IMG/VR virus record: IMGVR_UViG_3300049222_000252
Span: 1 to 58,995 of that record
Reading direction: 5' to 3' (one strand)
DNA: 58,995 nucleotides
Origin: a virus
Taxonomy: Duplodnaviria; Caudoviricetes
Shown here: one piece after another, positions 17,774 through 27,552 of the stretch
Position numbering within the stretch: position 1 is the first letter of the stretch
Layout of the letters: each line of letters opens with the position of its first letter
The notes under the pieces: model-generated
What the model was told of the DNA's origin: nothing
What the model saw: the letters and a program-made list of their open reading frames with translations, nothing else
Databases searched by the model: none
Program-made: the position numbers and the translations under genes

Positions 17774-17876
17774 AATTTTTACTGTTTTTATTGTTACTAC
17801 TCTTGCTCTTTGCGTGTACGCCCTTACGTCGTACTTTAATTTTCTCTTTGTATGCTGATAAAGTTAACTTAGCCAT
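17742..17876 (-). CDS. Small basic peptide ending RGQGR (44 aa)
   Basis: MAKLTLSAYKEKIKVRRKGVHAKSKSSNNKNSKNYVKRNRGQGR; read manually. Confidence 0.7.
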   Translation of the reverse strand: MAKLTLSAYKEKIKVRRKGVHAKSKSSNNKNSKNYVKRNRGQGR

Positions 17877-18042
17877 ATACTTTTATATTAAGTTTATCTT
17901 GTAGTTCAACTAATTCTCTATATAATATTTTACCTCTAGCTTCCCAAGACCACTTAACCCATTTGTCAACTTGACGTTCAGCATACTTCTGCCTCGCTAC
18001 TTGTTTCGCGAGTTGAGGATTAACCTTATTGTTTCGTCGCAT
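17869..18042 (-). CDS. Hypothetical protein (57 aa)
   Basis: Likely start MRRNNKV within the track ORF 17869..18096. Confidence 0.5.
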   Translation of the reverse strand: MRRNNKVNPQLAKQVARQKYAERQVDKWVKWSWEARGKILYRELVELQDKLNIKVYG

Positions 18043-18455
18043 TCTTTTTGATTTTGTGGTTTGTATAAAGTTATACCCGGCATATGCTCTGTACAATACT
18101 TCTTAAACATTTTCCAACGCAGTGGAAATGATTCATTAGCTCTACCTTTAGTTTCAATAATGAACTCATCTCCTATAAAGTCAGGTGTGTATTTAATGTT
18201 AAGTATCTTTTTACTACCTCTGTTTTTGTACTCGCCTTTGCCGTTGGCACAACGTTCATAAGCTTTATTTGTAAAGTTGAAGCCAGAAAAAATTTCATAT
18301 GTTTCACCTTCGTAAGCAGCTTTGATCTTATGCTTTTTAAGTTGCATATACATATACCGCTCAAGGCCAGAGGCAAAGTTGATACCATCATATGATATCT
18401 TCTTCGCCTGCACAGGTCCTTTTTTCTTTTTCTTTCTTGTTTTATTCCTTATCAT
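17997..18455 (-). CDS. T7 endonuclease I-like PD-(D/E)XK nuclease/resolvase
   Basis: FASGLE, YEGE, YTPDF, IIETKG; start probably at MIRNK. Confidence 0.85.
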   Translation of the reverse strand: MIRNKTRKKKKKGPVQAKKISYDGINFASGLERYMYMQLKKHKIKAAYEGETYEIFSGFNFTNKAYERCANGKGEYKNRGSKKILNIKYTPDFIGDEFIIETKGRANESFPLRWKMFKKYCTEHMPGITLYKPQNQKECDETIRLILNSRNK

Positions 18456-18741
18456 AATGTAAACCGTCGTTACCGTTTTGTGCAATAATGTTTATTCGGT
18501 TTAACATTGCTTCTTCTACTTCATCTTGCAGGCAATACCTAGCAGCTTCAATATAAAGCAATGCATCCATTAGTTCTTCCTGCACATCGATTAAAAACCT
18601 ATCTAAGTCCTTGACTTCGTTATTAATCTCACCCATCATTGTAGCTCCGTACTTTTCTTGACCAACAAGACTACGCTCGTCCATCTTAGCTAGTACTCTA
18701 CGTACAACTTCATCTTTAGTTTTAATCTGCATCTTTAACAA
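18442..18741 (-). CDS. All-alpha NTP-pyrophosphatase-like protein
   Basis: RSLVGQEKYG...DVQEELMDALLY (EExxD metal motif). Confidence 0.65.
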   Translation of the reverse strand: MLKMQIKTKDEVVRRVLAKMDERSLVGQEKYGATMMGEINNEVKDLDRFLIDVQEELMDALLYIEAARYCLQDEVEEAMLNRINIIAQNGNDGLHYDKE

Positions 18742-19513
18742 ATGTACCGTTAACCATTTTACCAGTGCGTTTGGCTATAACATTATACGCTGAATCAATA
18801 CAGTCTTCAATAAGCATATCTTCGAACTTAGCAATGCTCGTAAGCACTACAACCATATCGCCGATAGCATCTTTGATCTCTGCTTTATTTTTCTTAAGTA
18901 AGGCTTCTGCAAGCTCGCCTGCTTCTTCGATGAGCTTAAGGTATTGAATGCCGCTACTACCGCTATCATATATACCTTTTTCTTTAGCCCACTCTCTAAT
19001 TAATTCAAACTGATCGTGGTGCGAGTATAGTCTTTCTGTTTTATGTGGTAGCGCTGGCTCAGCTATGAAAGCTTCGTAGTACGCTTTGTTGTATATGTAG
19101 CTACGTCCTTCGTTGTACATAGACATTTTAGCATTAGCCATTATCCATGGTATCGTTTGCTCGTTAATTTCGAACTGGCCGTGACCAAAGCCACTTATAT
19201 TTACCCGCCATTGTAAACCTATGTTATCCATTAAATGACCTTTCAGTTTGTTTAAAGGTACCGGGAATGTTGAGGTTTGTTCTGTTGCGTTTATCTTCAT
19301 TTTATTAAATAAATTTTTATACAATTTTCTATCTGTCTTATAGCCATAAGACTTTTGAAGTTCTATTTCGCGGTCTGATATATAATCTATATCGTCTGAC
19401 TGCTCAAGAACTTCATACTCACTCTCCTTATATCCTTGTATAAGGGTTACACGGGTATTAAGATCACGCGTGACGCCTATCTTTTTACCCGGTATGTGAT
19501 ACAAATAATACAT
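18722..19513 (-). CDS. GIY-YIG-like domain fused to a MazG-like dNTP pyrophosphatase
   Basis: N-terminal YYLYHIPGKKIGVT..R..E; C-terminal KLIEEAGELAEA...IKDAIGDMVVVL...AYNVIAKRTGKMVNGTFVKD. Confidence 0.85.
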   Translation of the reverse strand: MYYLYHIPGKKIGVTRDLNTRVTLIQGYKESEYEVLEQSDDIDYISDREIELQKSYGYKTDRKLYKNLFNKMKINATEQTSTFPVPLNKLKGHLMDNIGLQWRVNISGFGHGQFEINEQTIPWIMANAKMSMYNEGRSYIYNKAYYEAFIAEPALPHKTERLYSHHDQFELIREWAKEKGIYDSGSSGIQYLKLIEEAGELAEALLKKNKAEIKDAIGDMVVVLTSIAKFEDMLIEDCIDSAYNVIAKRTGKMVNGTFVKDAD

Positions 19514-20167
19514 CTATTTTAATTTATCGTTATACAAATGTAAGTTGTGGGCGTGGTGGTAATACCAGCCAGTTGGTATAGACAATCTATCTGCAACCAT
19601 TTCCTGCAATGATGCAAACTGATACTGATCATTACAGAAGCCGTACCAGAGATCATTAGATCGCATATAGACAGACATACAAAGCTTACCATCTACAATG
19701 CTAAACTGAACTGCATATGTACAAGGTGTGTCGTTGTCATATTTGTGCATCTCTTTAGCGTCATATATACTAATAGCTGCTTGTCTTGTATTTGGTATTT
19801 CACGTAATAAATTAACTACGTTATCTAATTGATCACAACGTTTCCATTGATAACCATAGTTAGAGTTTACCTCACCGTTTTCATCAGCCATACGTTCCCA
19901 TATAGGAGGTATACTACCATATAACTCACCTAACTTACTTACATGTGGATCACCAGATAGATACCAAGCCCACTCGGCTGCAGCATATTTCTGATTCCAC
20001 TTTCTATATCCTGCTTTTATCTGTTTATCAGAAGGGTTGTGAATATAAAACCCAACATTAAACAAAGCTTTAGTATTATCAAACTCTACACCTTTGTCTT
20101 TGATCTTGATGTAGAAATAATCGAAAGCCTCGCTTGCTGTTTTAAAATTACTTTTTGTACTTATCAT
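19514..20167 (-). CDS. Thymidylate-synthase-superfamily enzyme, dCMP hydroxymethylase/methylase type
   Basis: VNSNYG, catalytic PCT, MRSNDLWYGFCND, NLHLY. Has Asp rather than Asn at the substrate-specificity position, as in T4 gp42. Confidence 0.85.
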   Translation of the reverse strand: MISTKSNFKTASEAFDYFYIKIKDKGVEFDNTKALFNVGFYIHNPSDKQIKAGYRKWNQKYAAAEWAWYLSGDPHVSKLGELYGSIPPIWERMADENGEVNSNYGYQWKRCDQLDNVVNLLREIPNTRQAAISIYDAKEMHKYDNDTPCTYAVQFSIVDGKLCMSVYMRSNDLWYGFCNDQYQFASLQEMVADRLSIPTGWYYHHAHNLHLYNDKLK

Positions 20168-20402
20168 AATAATATTTATAAAACTTATAAATGTTCTCCC
20201 ATATCATATCTTTAATATATATGTTAGGGGATCTGTTTATTTTACCGTTTAGTATTATATCTATATACCATTCAGCTGGGCCTTTAGCAAAAGGTGATAT
20301 GTATATTTTATTTCGTATACACCATAACCTAGCTTCAACTTCTTCTTCAGTAGCTTGATAGCTACCCATATCCCACTCTTTACTTTTCTTATGCCAAGCC
20401 AT
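20148..20402 (-). CDS. Hypothetical protein
   Basis: 84-aa ORF coupled between the helicase and the TS-like gene. Confidence 0.65.
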   Translation of the reverse strand: MAWHKKSKEWDMGSYQATEEEVEARLWCIRNKIYISPFAKGPAEWYIDIILNGKINRSPNIYIKDMIWENIYKFYKYYYDKYKK

Positions 20403-22115
20403 TTATTCCCATGGCATTTTTTCTTCATTGCCTATAGCATGTTGCACGTGCGGCGCAAACCGGCCTGATGCTGGCTGCCATTTGAAATGGGCTTCAGCTC
20501 CGTTCTCACCTAGGTTTTGAAACTTTACTTTAAGTATCTTTGCCTTAACGGTTTTCTCTTCGTAGTTCCTGTGAACTAATATACCGTGGTAACTAGCATC
20601 GTACCATTCACCACCACCTTTTATATTGTACATAGTCGGTTCTTCAATCTTACCGTCTTTGTCTTTGTACATCTTAGTTGGGTGTGCTACAATAAATACT
20701 AGTACATCATACTTTTTAGCAAACATTTCTATCTTCTGAAGATAGTCCATAGTATATCTATTAACATCTTCAGTTTTAGAATCAACGTCTCTTATTTTGT
20801 TAAATGGATCGATAACAAGGCATTTAATACCTTTACGCTTTACTAGCTCAGCGCCTTTACGTAGTACTGATTCCAACGTATACTTTTCCATATCAATAAA
20901 AAAGAAGTTATCATTAACATGCTCAGCAGTTTGTTTCCATTTGTCTGTACCAATATCTGCTTTTGTTGGCATGTCACCCCAAACTTTACGCATTAACTTG
21001 TGCGCGTGTAAATAAGTCGGTGCATTCTCAGGTGAAGCAAACGCCGTTTTCCAACCATAATTTGCGTTATACCCGACAACCATTTGATCGACAAAGTCTG
21101 ATTTCCCAGAACTCGGTATGCCAGTAACAGTAATGAATTGACCAGTATAAGTTGAAAATATGTCATCGAAATTTTGAAGACCGATTTGATACCCTGGCTT
21201 GAAGCCGTTCGTAACAAAGTCGGTAATTTCATTTTCAATATCTTTGAACGTTGTAACGTTCTCCAACGGTACAGGTCTTGCTCTGCTAACACGCTCTGCC
21301 AGTTTTTGTTTTCCATATTTAACTAAGTATTCATTAGCATCTTTACACTCTTCGAAGTCTGCTAAAAAACAAACTTCAGCACCAAGTCTTCTAACTAACT
21401 CTTGTTGTAAAGCCTGACCAGCATCATCAGAATCAACTGCTAGTATTACTTTTTCTTTATCATCAAAGTAATCTATACAGTTATCTAAATAATCTAGGTT
21501 GTTGTTACCAAGCGTAGCGCCATTAGGAACTGATACTACATTTTTAATACCAGCTTCGTGAAAAGCTAGCACATCCATTTCGCCTTCAGTAATTACACAA
21601 TACTCATAACCAATGACACTGTTAATATTGTAGAATATTTTTTCAGCACCTTTGTATAGCTTAAAGTTTTTGCGACCATCTCTGTATTTAACATTGATAA
21701 CTTGATCGCCCATCATGTAATTAAACTGAATCGTATTCTCGGTTTTTCCGGTCTGTGGCATCCACTCAAGACCTTGACTAACATTTAAGTCGTCAAGAGT
21801 CTTTTGTGATATACCTCGTGATTCAAACCATTCAGTTACTTTGTCTTTAACAGGTTCGAGTACTATATTGTCAGGTCTTACATAGACCTTTTCACTAGCA
21901 CCTTTACGCTGATAAGTATGTAACTGAAAAGTTGTATTACAATTATGACAAGTACCGAGACCACGTTCCCAATCATAAGAAGCACATTCTGCTTTTTGAT
22001 TCTTGGGTTGTCTATCGTGAGAGCATAGCGGGCATATGCCTTGTGCTTTGCCTTCTTTAAGACTGTATTGATTGAACTCGTCAATCAAATATCCATTGAT
22101 CTCTGTTGTCTGCAT
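20403..22115 (-). CDS. Bifunctional primase-helicase (T7 gp4/Twinkle-like)
   Basis: Zn finger CPLC...CHNC; TOPRIM EGEMD and DSDDAG; Walker A GIPSSGKS; Walker B LVIDP; VAHP. Confidence 0.95.
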   Translation of the reverse strand: MQTTEINGYLIDEFNQYSLKEGKAQGICPLCSHDRQPKNQKAECASYDWERGLGTCHNCNTTFQLHTYQRKGASEKVYVRPDNIVLEPVKDKVTEWFESRGISQKTLDDLNVSQGLEWMPQTGKTENTIQFNYMMGDQVINVKYRDGRKNFKLYKGAEKIFYNINSVIGYEYCVITEGEMDVLAFHEAGIKNVVSVPNGATLGNNNLDYLDNCIDYFDDKEKVILAVDSDDAGQALQQELVRRLGAEVCFLADFEECKDANEYLVKYGKQKLAERVSRARPVPLENVTTFKDIENEITDFVTNGFKPGYQIGLQNFDDIFSTYTGQFITVTGIPSSGKSDFVDQMVVGYNANYGWKTAFASPENAPTYLHAHKLMRKVWGDMPTKADIGTDKWKQTAEHVNDNFFFIDMEKYTLESVLRKGAELVKRKGIKCLVIDPFNKIRDVDSKTEDVNRYTMDYLQKIEMFAKKYDVLVFIVAHPTKMYKDKDGKIEEPTMYNIKGGGEWYDASYHGILVHRNYEEKTVKAKILKVKFQNLGENGAEAHFKWQPASGRFAPHVQHAIGNEEKMPWE

Positions 22116-22189
22116 TTAATTTAATTAATCTTCTATTAGTGTTACATTACCATCATTATCCGTCTGGATATTGATGTAGTCATTCTCAT

Positions 22190-22306
22190 CTACCATTCTT
22201 CATTGTCTCTACATTCTGGGCATATATCGCAGAAGTCATATTCTTCTTGCGACATACCAGCGTGACACATTTGACACGCGAGTTCGCCATTGTTTCTATA
22301 GTGCAT
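22190..22306 (-). CDS. Small Cys-rich zinc-finger peptide (38 aa)
   Basis: MHYRNNGELACQMCHAGMSQEEYDFCDICPECRDNEEW. Confidence 0.55.
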   Translation of the reverse strand: MHYRNNGELACQMCHAGMSQEEYDFCDICPECRDNEEW

Positions 22307-22626
22307 TAAAACGGTAGGTCATCTACAGGCGCTGCGGCTGTTTGACCAACTGGAGCAGCTTGCTGTGGTTGATCTTGTCTAGGCGCTGTACCTACGTTAT
22401 CACCATTTGTCCACACAACTTGCACGTTACCAAGATATGTTTTACCTTGTTTAGCATCACGTTCTTCTTTGGTTTGTGCTACAACGATAGGACCTTGATT
22501 TCCAAATTGATCCGGCTCGTCGTTTAATGTAATTGTAATAGGTAAATACTTACCTTTTTTACCATCAATAATTTTATCTTTTGGTACTTCAGATAAATTG
22601 ATACTTGCTTTAATTATACTTGCCAT
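22306..22626 (-). CDS. Single-stranded DNA-binding protein
   Basis: Short beta domain, Q/A/P linker and acidic DDLPF tail. Confidence 0.85.
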   Translation of the reverse strand: MASIIKASINLSEVPKDKIIDGKKGKYLPITITLNDEPDQFGNQGPIVVAQTKEERDAKQGKTYLGNVQVVWTNGDNVGTAPRQDQPQQAAPVGQTAAAPVDDLPF

Positions 22627-22805
22627 TATGCGTAGTTATTAATTTGGTTAAACATGCGCTGCAACTGATCTTTCGTTGCATTAGTATTACGACGTAAGTT
22701 ATCTACAGCTTTAATGTGGTTTTGATTTGTGTAAAAATTATCTACACTTGTTTCAATACCTGTTACTGTACATACTTTAGTCTGTGGTTTTCTATTTCTA
22801 GCCAT
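22626..22805 (-). CDS. Hypothetical protein (59 aa)
   Basis: Start MARNRKPQ; TAATG coupling to the SSB gene. Confidence 0.6.
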   Translation of the reverse strand: MARNRKPQTKVCTVTGIETSVDNFYTNQNHIKAVDNLRRNTNATKDQLQRMFNQINNYA

Positions 22806-22815
22806 AATAATGGTT

Positions 22816-23544
22816 TTAAAGGGTTTCGTTAATAAAAAATTGTGAAGGATCAAAACCTTCTTGTCTATAAAATAATTGGTATTGATCAACTGCTTTCTTA
22901 ACTTTATCAGCACCGCGCTGTAAAAATTCAGGTGAGCAATCAAATATACCGATTTGATGTGTTGTTTTATCTATTGCGATAAACACCATATCGTAACCAA
23001 ACAACTGTTGGTATATGTAAGCTTGACTGTCGTAGTTATACTTAGATGCTGACCATCTAAACTTTTCGATATCGGCTGTTGTCTTTAAATCAATGATAAG
23101 TTTCTCATCGTGATTTAATATATCAGCTTTACCTTTCCACAACTCATTTTCAAGCTCACCGATACCAGGTGTTTCATAGTCGCAGTTGCCTTTGATAAGA
23201 CCTCTACATATATCGTTTGCTAAAATCTTTTCAGTCATAAGCTCGATCATATCGACTTCAGACTTTAACAAACATAATTCACCACCTGATATTTCCTTAT
23301 ATGCTTTAGTATTCCTGTTAGACGATTCTATAACCTTAAAGTTTTTAAGCTTTTCAGGTTCTAGTATTGCCGTGTGGAAATACCCACCAATTAAAAAGGC
23401 GGGTATTTGCTTTGACGGTTTACCTAAAGATAAAGGATCTTTTAAAAGCGTAGATATGTCTGAGTTACTAAGGTATTGTTTACCAAACTCTCCGTAGTAA
23501 TGCTCATCATCTCTTAGCTTATCTATTATCTCATTTTTGCTCAT
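22816..23544 (-). CDS. RecE/exonuclease VIII-like PD-(D/E)XK exonuclease
   Basis: LSNS, GGYFHTAILEP, KGKADI, IIDLKTT, YDSQAYIY. Confidence 0.88.
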   Translation of the reverse strand: MSKNEIIDKLRDDEHYYGEFGKQYLSNSDISTLLKDPLSLGKPSKQIPAFLIGGYFHTAILEPEKLKNFKVIESSNRNTKAYKEISGGELCLLKSEVDMIELMTEKILANDICRGLIKGNCDYETPGIGELENELWKGKADILNHDEKLIIDLKTTADIEKFRWSASKYNYDSQAYIYQQLFGYDMVFIAIDKTTHQIGIFDCSPEFLQRGADKVKKAVDQYQLFYRQEGFDPSQFFINETL

Positions 23545-24085
23545 GTTTCTTGAGTTCAGCTTTTGCTGTTATAGAAACGTTGTACTTAGCATTGATAGCT
23601 TGTATAGAGCCACCTGCTTTGATATAATCTTTAGCTTTTGTAAAAGCTTCAGTGTTTATATCCAACGTTGGTTTAGACTTACCTGCGGTTTTTCCGTGGG
23701 TATTTGACGCATCTGAGTCTTGCGTGTCATCTATTAGGAATAAATTACCTAACGCGTACTTCTTACCATAACTTGAAGCAGAACCAAACTGTTGAGGTAC
23801 TTGCATACCTTTCTGGCCAAGGTCAACACCAACCACAGCTGTAGCTGATATTTCAGTTTCGCCATCAGATAATGTAGCAGTCGACTCAATCATAGGTACG
23901 TTATCAAATAGAACACGTACTTCTTCATTTATCGTTACTGATACTCCTAACTCAAGTAGAAAGGGTTTTGTTGCTTCAAGAATGTCTTCGGCTGATCTGA
24001 AGTAATATTTGCCGAATGAATTAAACCTACTTTTTTTCGATTTAAATTTAGTCTGGATAGTAGCCAGCTTTTCGTTTAATGTCAT
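23531..24085 (-). CDS. ERF-family single-strand annealing protein
   Basis: NSFGKYYFRSAEDILEA, QQFGSASSYGKKYALGNLFLIDDTQDSD. Confidence 0.9.
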   Translation of the reverse strand: MTLNEKLATIQTKFKSKKSRFNSFGKYYFRSAEDILEATKPFLLELGVSVTINEEVRVLFDNVPMIESTATLSDGETEISATAVVGVDLGQKGMQVPQQFGSASSYGKKYALGNLFLIDDTQDSDASNTHGKTAGKSKPTLDINTEAFTKAKDYIKAGGSIQAINAKYNVSITAKAELKKHEQK

Positions 24086-24148
24086 TGGTATATTGGTTTT
24101 TACTTATTAATATAATTACACATAAAAATACAGTTTTACACGAGTAAA

Positions 24149-24907
24149 CTACAGATAATCAATCACTTGAGAGTGATCTACGTTATCGATAAGCTTTTGT
24201 ACAGCAGCCCGTTTAAGCTCGCTTACGCGTACATAATTGCTTGTACCTTCAATATTTAATTTAGCCGCGATATCTTTAGCTGAATACTTATCGCAGTCAA
24301 GTCCATAGCTTAAACGTAACACTTCATATTCTTTTTCATCTAAGTGTTTTTGTAATAAACTTTTCAGATAACTATTAAGCAAAGCTATATTATATGGCTC
24401 AGACTTATCTTGTATCTGGTGTATCATACTCTCGCCTTCGTCGTTTGAAGGTTGAGCATCTATTGATAAAAATATAGAGTTGAAAAACATTTCAACCATC
24501 TTTTTGTCTTTAGGATTTTTACGTATCTCGTTCATCTTATGCTCAGGTATACGTATATCGCCTCTGTGCATATCGATTCTACGACGTATTGCGCCTTTAA
24601 TACGTTTGCTGAAGAAACTTTTTAAAGTCTTTTCTATATCATCAGACTCTTCAAGAGTTTTCCACTCAAGCTTATCAACAGCTTTTACCAAAGCATAACC
24701 GCCTTCTTGTATTAGATCGTTAATACTAAGCACACCTGATGCTTGCTGCGTAGTTGAAAACTTACGTGCTAAATTTTCTACAAGAGGTAGAAACTTAACA
24801 ACAAGCTCATTACGCGTGTAATCTTTAAAATCCCAATTACCTTCAGGCATAGACCGTTTAAGATCTTCTTTGTATCTTATGTAGTTTTGTACATTGTACT
24901 TTTTCAT
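24149..24907 (-). CDS. Phage sigma-70 family factor (free sigma)
   Basis: Region 2: LPLVENLARKF...DLIQEG...AVDK...IKGAIRR...IRIP. Region 4: LDEKEYEVLRLSYGL...DIAAKL...RVSELKRAAVQKL. Confidence 0.92.
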   Translation of the reverse strand: MKKYNVQNYIRYKEDLKRSMPEGNWDFKDYTRNELVVKFLPLVENLARKFSTTQQASGVLSINDLIQEGGYALVKAVDKLEWKTLEESDDIEKTLKSFFSKRIKGAIRRRIDMHRGDIRIPEHKMNEIRKNPKDKKMVEMFFNSIFLSIDAQPSNDEGESMIHQIQDKSEPYNIALLNSYLKSLLQKHLDEKEYEVLRLSYGLDCDKYSAKDIAAKLNIEGTSNYVRVSELKRAAVQKLIDNVDHSQVIDYL

Positions 24908-25521
24908 AGTTGTTGATTAAGTAATTCTTTTTCTTTTTTAAGTTCGTTACTCATATTTCTGTATATAGTTCTTGTTGAACAATCTAACAAACCTGCTATT
25001 CTGCCTATGGTAATCTTCTTACCAAAGTGATTTAAATCTAACATGCATTGATAGATATCATCTTCACCTACGCGAGATGATCTACCTATTATACTACCTA
25101 CAATCTTTAGTTTTTCAGATGGTGTAAGCATGCATGTGTCTTTAAAAATAATCTTACGTAGTTTGTTACGTGGAGGTTCTTCTAAATCATACATGCTAAC
25201 TTCATATATAATGTTCTTTAATAGCTGATCTGATACATTAAAAGTTACAAAGCCATTTACTTTATCGCAAAGGTTTGTAGCTACATATTCAAACTCATCT
25301 TGATCCATAGCAGGGTTTAAATACCACATAACTAGTAGATGCCATTTCAATGAACGATACGTAGTAATCTTAGCTTTTGTTCTAAACAAGTCGTAACACT
25401 CATGCGTACCGTCATAATATACAAAGCCCCACTCATGTACTTCGTCTGGTTTATCATTTATAGGATCTCTACGATATATAATATGGTTTTGATCTAAAAA
25501 CTTGGTATTTCGGTGTGACAT
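24904..25521 (-). CDS. C-terminal HTH DNA-binding protein (possible replication initiator/regulator)
   Basis: KITIGRIAGLLDCSTRTIYRNM HTH; the start codon lies inside a palindromic site. Confidence 0.75.
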   Translation of the reverse strand: MSHRNTKFLDQNHIIYRRDPINDKPDEVHEWGFVYYDGTHECYDLFRTKAKITTYRSLKWHLLVMWYLNPAMDQDEFEYVATNLCDKVNGFVTFNVSDQLLKNIIYEVSMYDLEEPPRNKLRKIIFKDTCMLTPSEKLKIVGSIIGRSSRVGEDDIYQCMLDLNHFGKKITIGRIAGLLDCSTRTIYRNMSNELKKEKELLNQQL

Positions 25522-25559
25522 TAGGCCCTTACTCTTTATTATTAGGGGCTGTTGTCACA
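25514..25559. promoter_or_regulatory. Palindromic site A (TGTGACA-N32-TGTCACA)
   Basis: Overlaps the HTH gene start; closely related to the site at 33529-33575. Confidence 0.7.
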
Positions 25560-25956
25560 GTCCCCTCTGGTTTCAATGTGCATATAATAATATGCTCTTT
25601 TAAAAATTCGTCTTCTTCACGTAATCTCATAAATAAATCTTTTGTTCTACCCATTATTTTAAAAATGTTATTAACTTTAATCTTTTCTGATATTTGTGAA
25701 ACAAATTTATCTTTTGCTCATTTATTTGATAGCTAAGTGCATCGTTAAGTATACTATATTTTAGATCCCACAAGGTTGTCTTCAGATACTTTACGTGGCT
25801 TAGCTTTCTTTTGTAGTTTTTTAATCTTATTTGTAATATTGCCATAATTAGTTGATTTAATGTGATCGTATATTTTCTTACTCATAGTGTTTATCTAATA
25901 AAATGTTAGCAACTTCTTCGCTTATTAAGTTTTCGTTGTATAATTTCCATATTAAT

Positions 25957-26787
25957 TTACTCATAATCTCTAATTGTTTTGTATAGTGGATGTCTGTAGC
26001 TACCAGCTTTTGTGCGTTCGAAGTACGTAAATGTAGCAACTTTACCGATATAGTCGTGAATATTTTCTAGTATATAACGACGATCAGAGTAGTTGTAACC
26101 TTTACCGATTGGACAACCGAACTCGTTACCATCATCATCTAACATCAAAAACTTGCCAATGAGACCTGTGAACTTACCTTTACCGGCTTCATAGCCAATA
26201 ATAGTAGCTTCGGTATCACTGAAGTCTTTGAATTTTTGTAAGTTGTAGCTACGTTTTTGCTCATAAGGACCATTTAGTCTTAGTATAGAGCCTTCGTAGC
26301 CTTTATTTAAAAATACTTTATGTACAACTTCAGCGCCGTTGTAACCGTGAACTTCGAGAGTATCAACAGATATAACAGAGTCTGACCACAAGTTTTTACT
26401 TGATAATAGCCAGTTAAGTCTGTCTTCATAACTAGGACCTTCGGCTATCATATCGTATACATGGTATTGTATTAGTTTATGTGCGTTTAGACGATCCTCG
26501 TCAGTTGGTTTTTGTTTTCTGACTAATGATATTATTTGTTCGAAATCGTCTCTTAGATCGTGATTATACAGCTCACCATCAAGTACAGCGTTAGGCTGAT
26601 CTTCAAAGAACTTTTCAAGATCTATCTTGATATGTTGTAAGTTGTGAAACTCTTTGCCGGTACGTGAGTACGCACCGTCTTTTGTAAATATACAGCGCAC
26701 GCCATCGAGCTTAGGTTGTATAAAAACCTTCTCTGAGAAATCAATTTTGTTCTCATTTACTTTGTGCGCTAGCATTGGTTTAATCAT
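25957..26787 (-). CDS. ATP-dependent DNA ligase
   Basis: KPMLA, QPKLDGVR, LDGELY, EGSILR, KRSYNLQKFK, OB-fold C-terminus. Confidence 0.95.
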   Translation of the reverse strand: MIKPMLAHKVNENKIDFSEKVFIQPKLDGVRCIFTKDGAYSRTGKEFHNLQHIKIDLEKFFEDQPNAVLDGELYNHDLRDDFEQIISLVRKQKPTDEDRLNAHKLIQYHVYDMIAEGPSYEDRLNWLLSSKNLWSDSVISVDTLEVHGYNGAEVVHKVFLNKGYEGSILRLNGPYEQKRSYNLQKFKDFSDTEATIIGYEAGKGKFTGLIGKFLMLDDDGNEFGCPIGKGYNYSDRRYILENIHDYIGKVATFTYFERTKAGSYRHPLYKTIRDYE

Positions 26788-27131
26788 AAGTTTTTTAATT
26801 TATTTTCTATATGTTTTATTTTTCCGTTAATTATAGCAGCTTTTTCATACTGCTCTTTCTCTTCGTAAGATGACAATAGGGTCATAAGTCTAGCTAGTTC
26901 TGACAAAAGTACTTCTTCATCTGAAGCATTTTGTTGCATACCAAAGTAAGGTTGTAGACTTACATCAACATCAGCACCTGACTGTTTTACCTGCTCGATA
27001 AACTGCTCATCAAGTTCTTTCTGTCTTTCCATTATTAGTTTGAATACTTTTTCTGCTAATATATCAGCAAAGTCATTCATTTCTTCTTGTGTCATACTAT
27101 TGTTCTTTATCATATTTTTTAAGCGCAGCAC
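26784..27131 (-). CDS. Hypothetical protein with UVR-like C-terminal motif
   Basis: YEEKEQYEKAAII; start probably MTQEEM. Confidence 0.6.
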   Translation of the reverse strand: MLRLKNMIKNNSMTQEEMNDFADILAEKVFKLIMERQKELDEQFIEQVKQSGADVDVSLQPYFGMQQNASDEEVLLSELARLMTLLSSYEEKEQYEKAAIINGKIKHIENKLKNL

Positions 27132-27552
27132 CTGGTTTACCTACAAAGATAACTTTTTCTTCACGCGTATCGTATATAGTCATATAAGTCTCGTGACCTT
27201 CTTTAGGTAGTAAAGTGTATATGTAATCAACCCAACCTTCATCGTTATCGATTGGGTGTAAATACAAACCGCCAGGGCGATCTTTAAAGTGTTTTATAAA
27301 CTGAGCCGCGAAACAACCAGGCCCATTTGCATATCTATTAAGCTCTGGATCTCCGATGTATTTTTGAAAAGCTAAACCGTTTCCTATGCTAATACCTTCT
27401 AGCCATTTAGCATATTCTACTGCCATATACGAAGGATAACCATCATATTGCTGATAAATATTCACAAGCGCAAGCTCTGCTCTTTTATGTGCTACATCAT
27501 ACGCCAAACCTTCTTGACGCGGTATAATTCGCGTTAGTGATCTTGTTCCCAT
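27097..27552 (-). CDS. Hypothetical early protein (MGTRS... YxxYDGYP type)
   Basis: Better start at MGTRSLT, after an AT-rich leader. Confidence 0.7.
   Translation of the reverse strand: MGTRSLTRIIPRQEGLAYDVAHKRAELALVNIYQQYDGYPSYMAVEYAKWLEGISIGNGLAFQKYIGDPELNRYANGPGCFAAQFIKHFKDRPGGLYLHPIDNDEGWVDYIYTLLPKEGHETYMTIYDTREEKVIFVGKPGAALKKYDKEQ

Noticed and set aside
19514-20167. Ordinary thyA
   Set aside because: It has Asp instead of the dUMP-specifying Asn and T4 gp42-like motifs.
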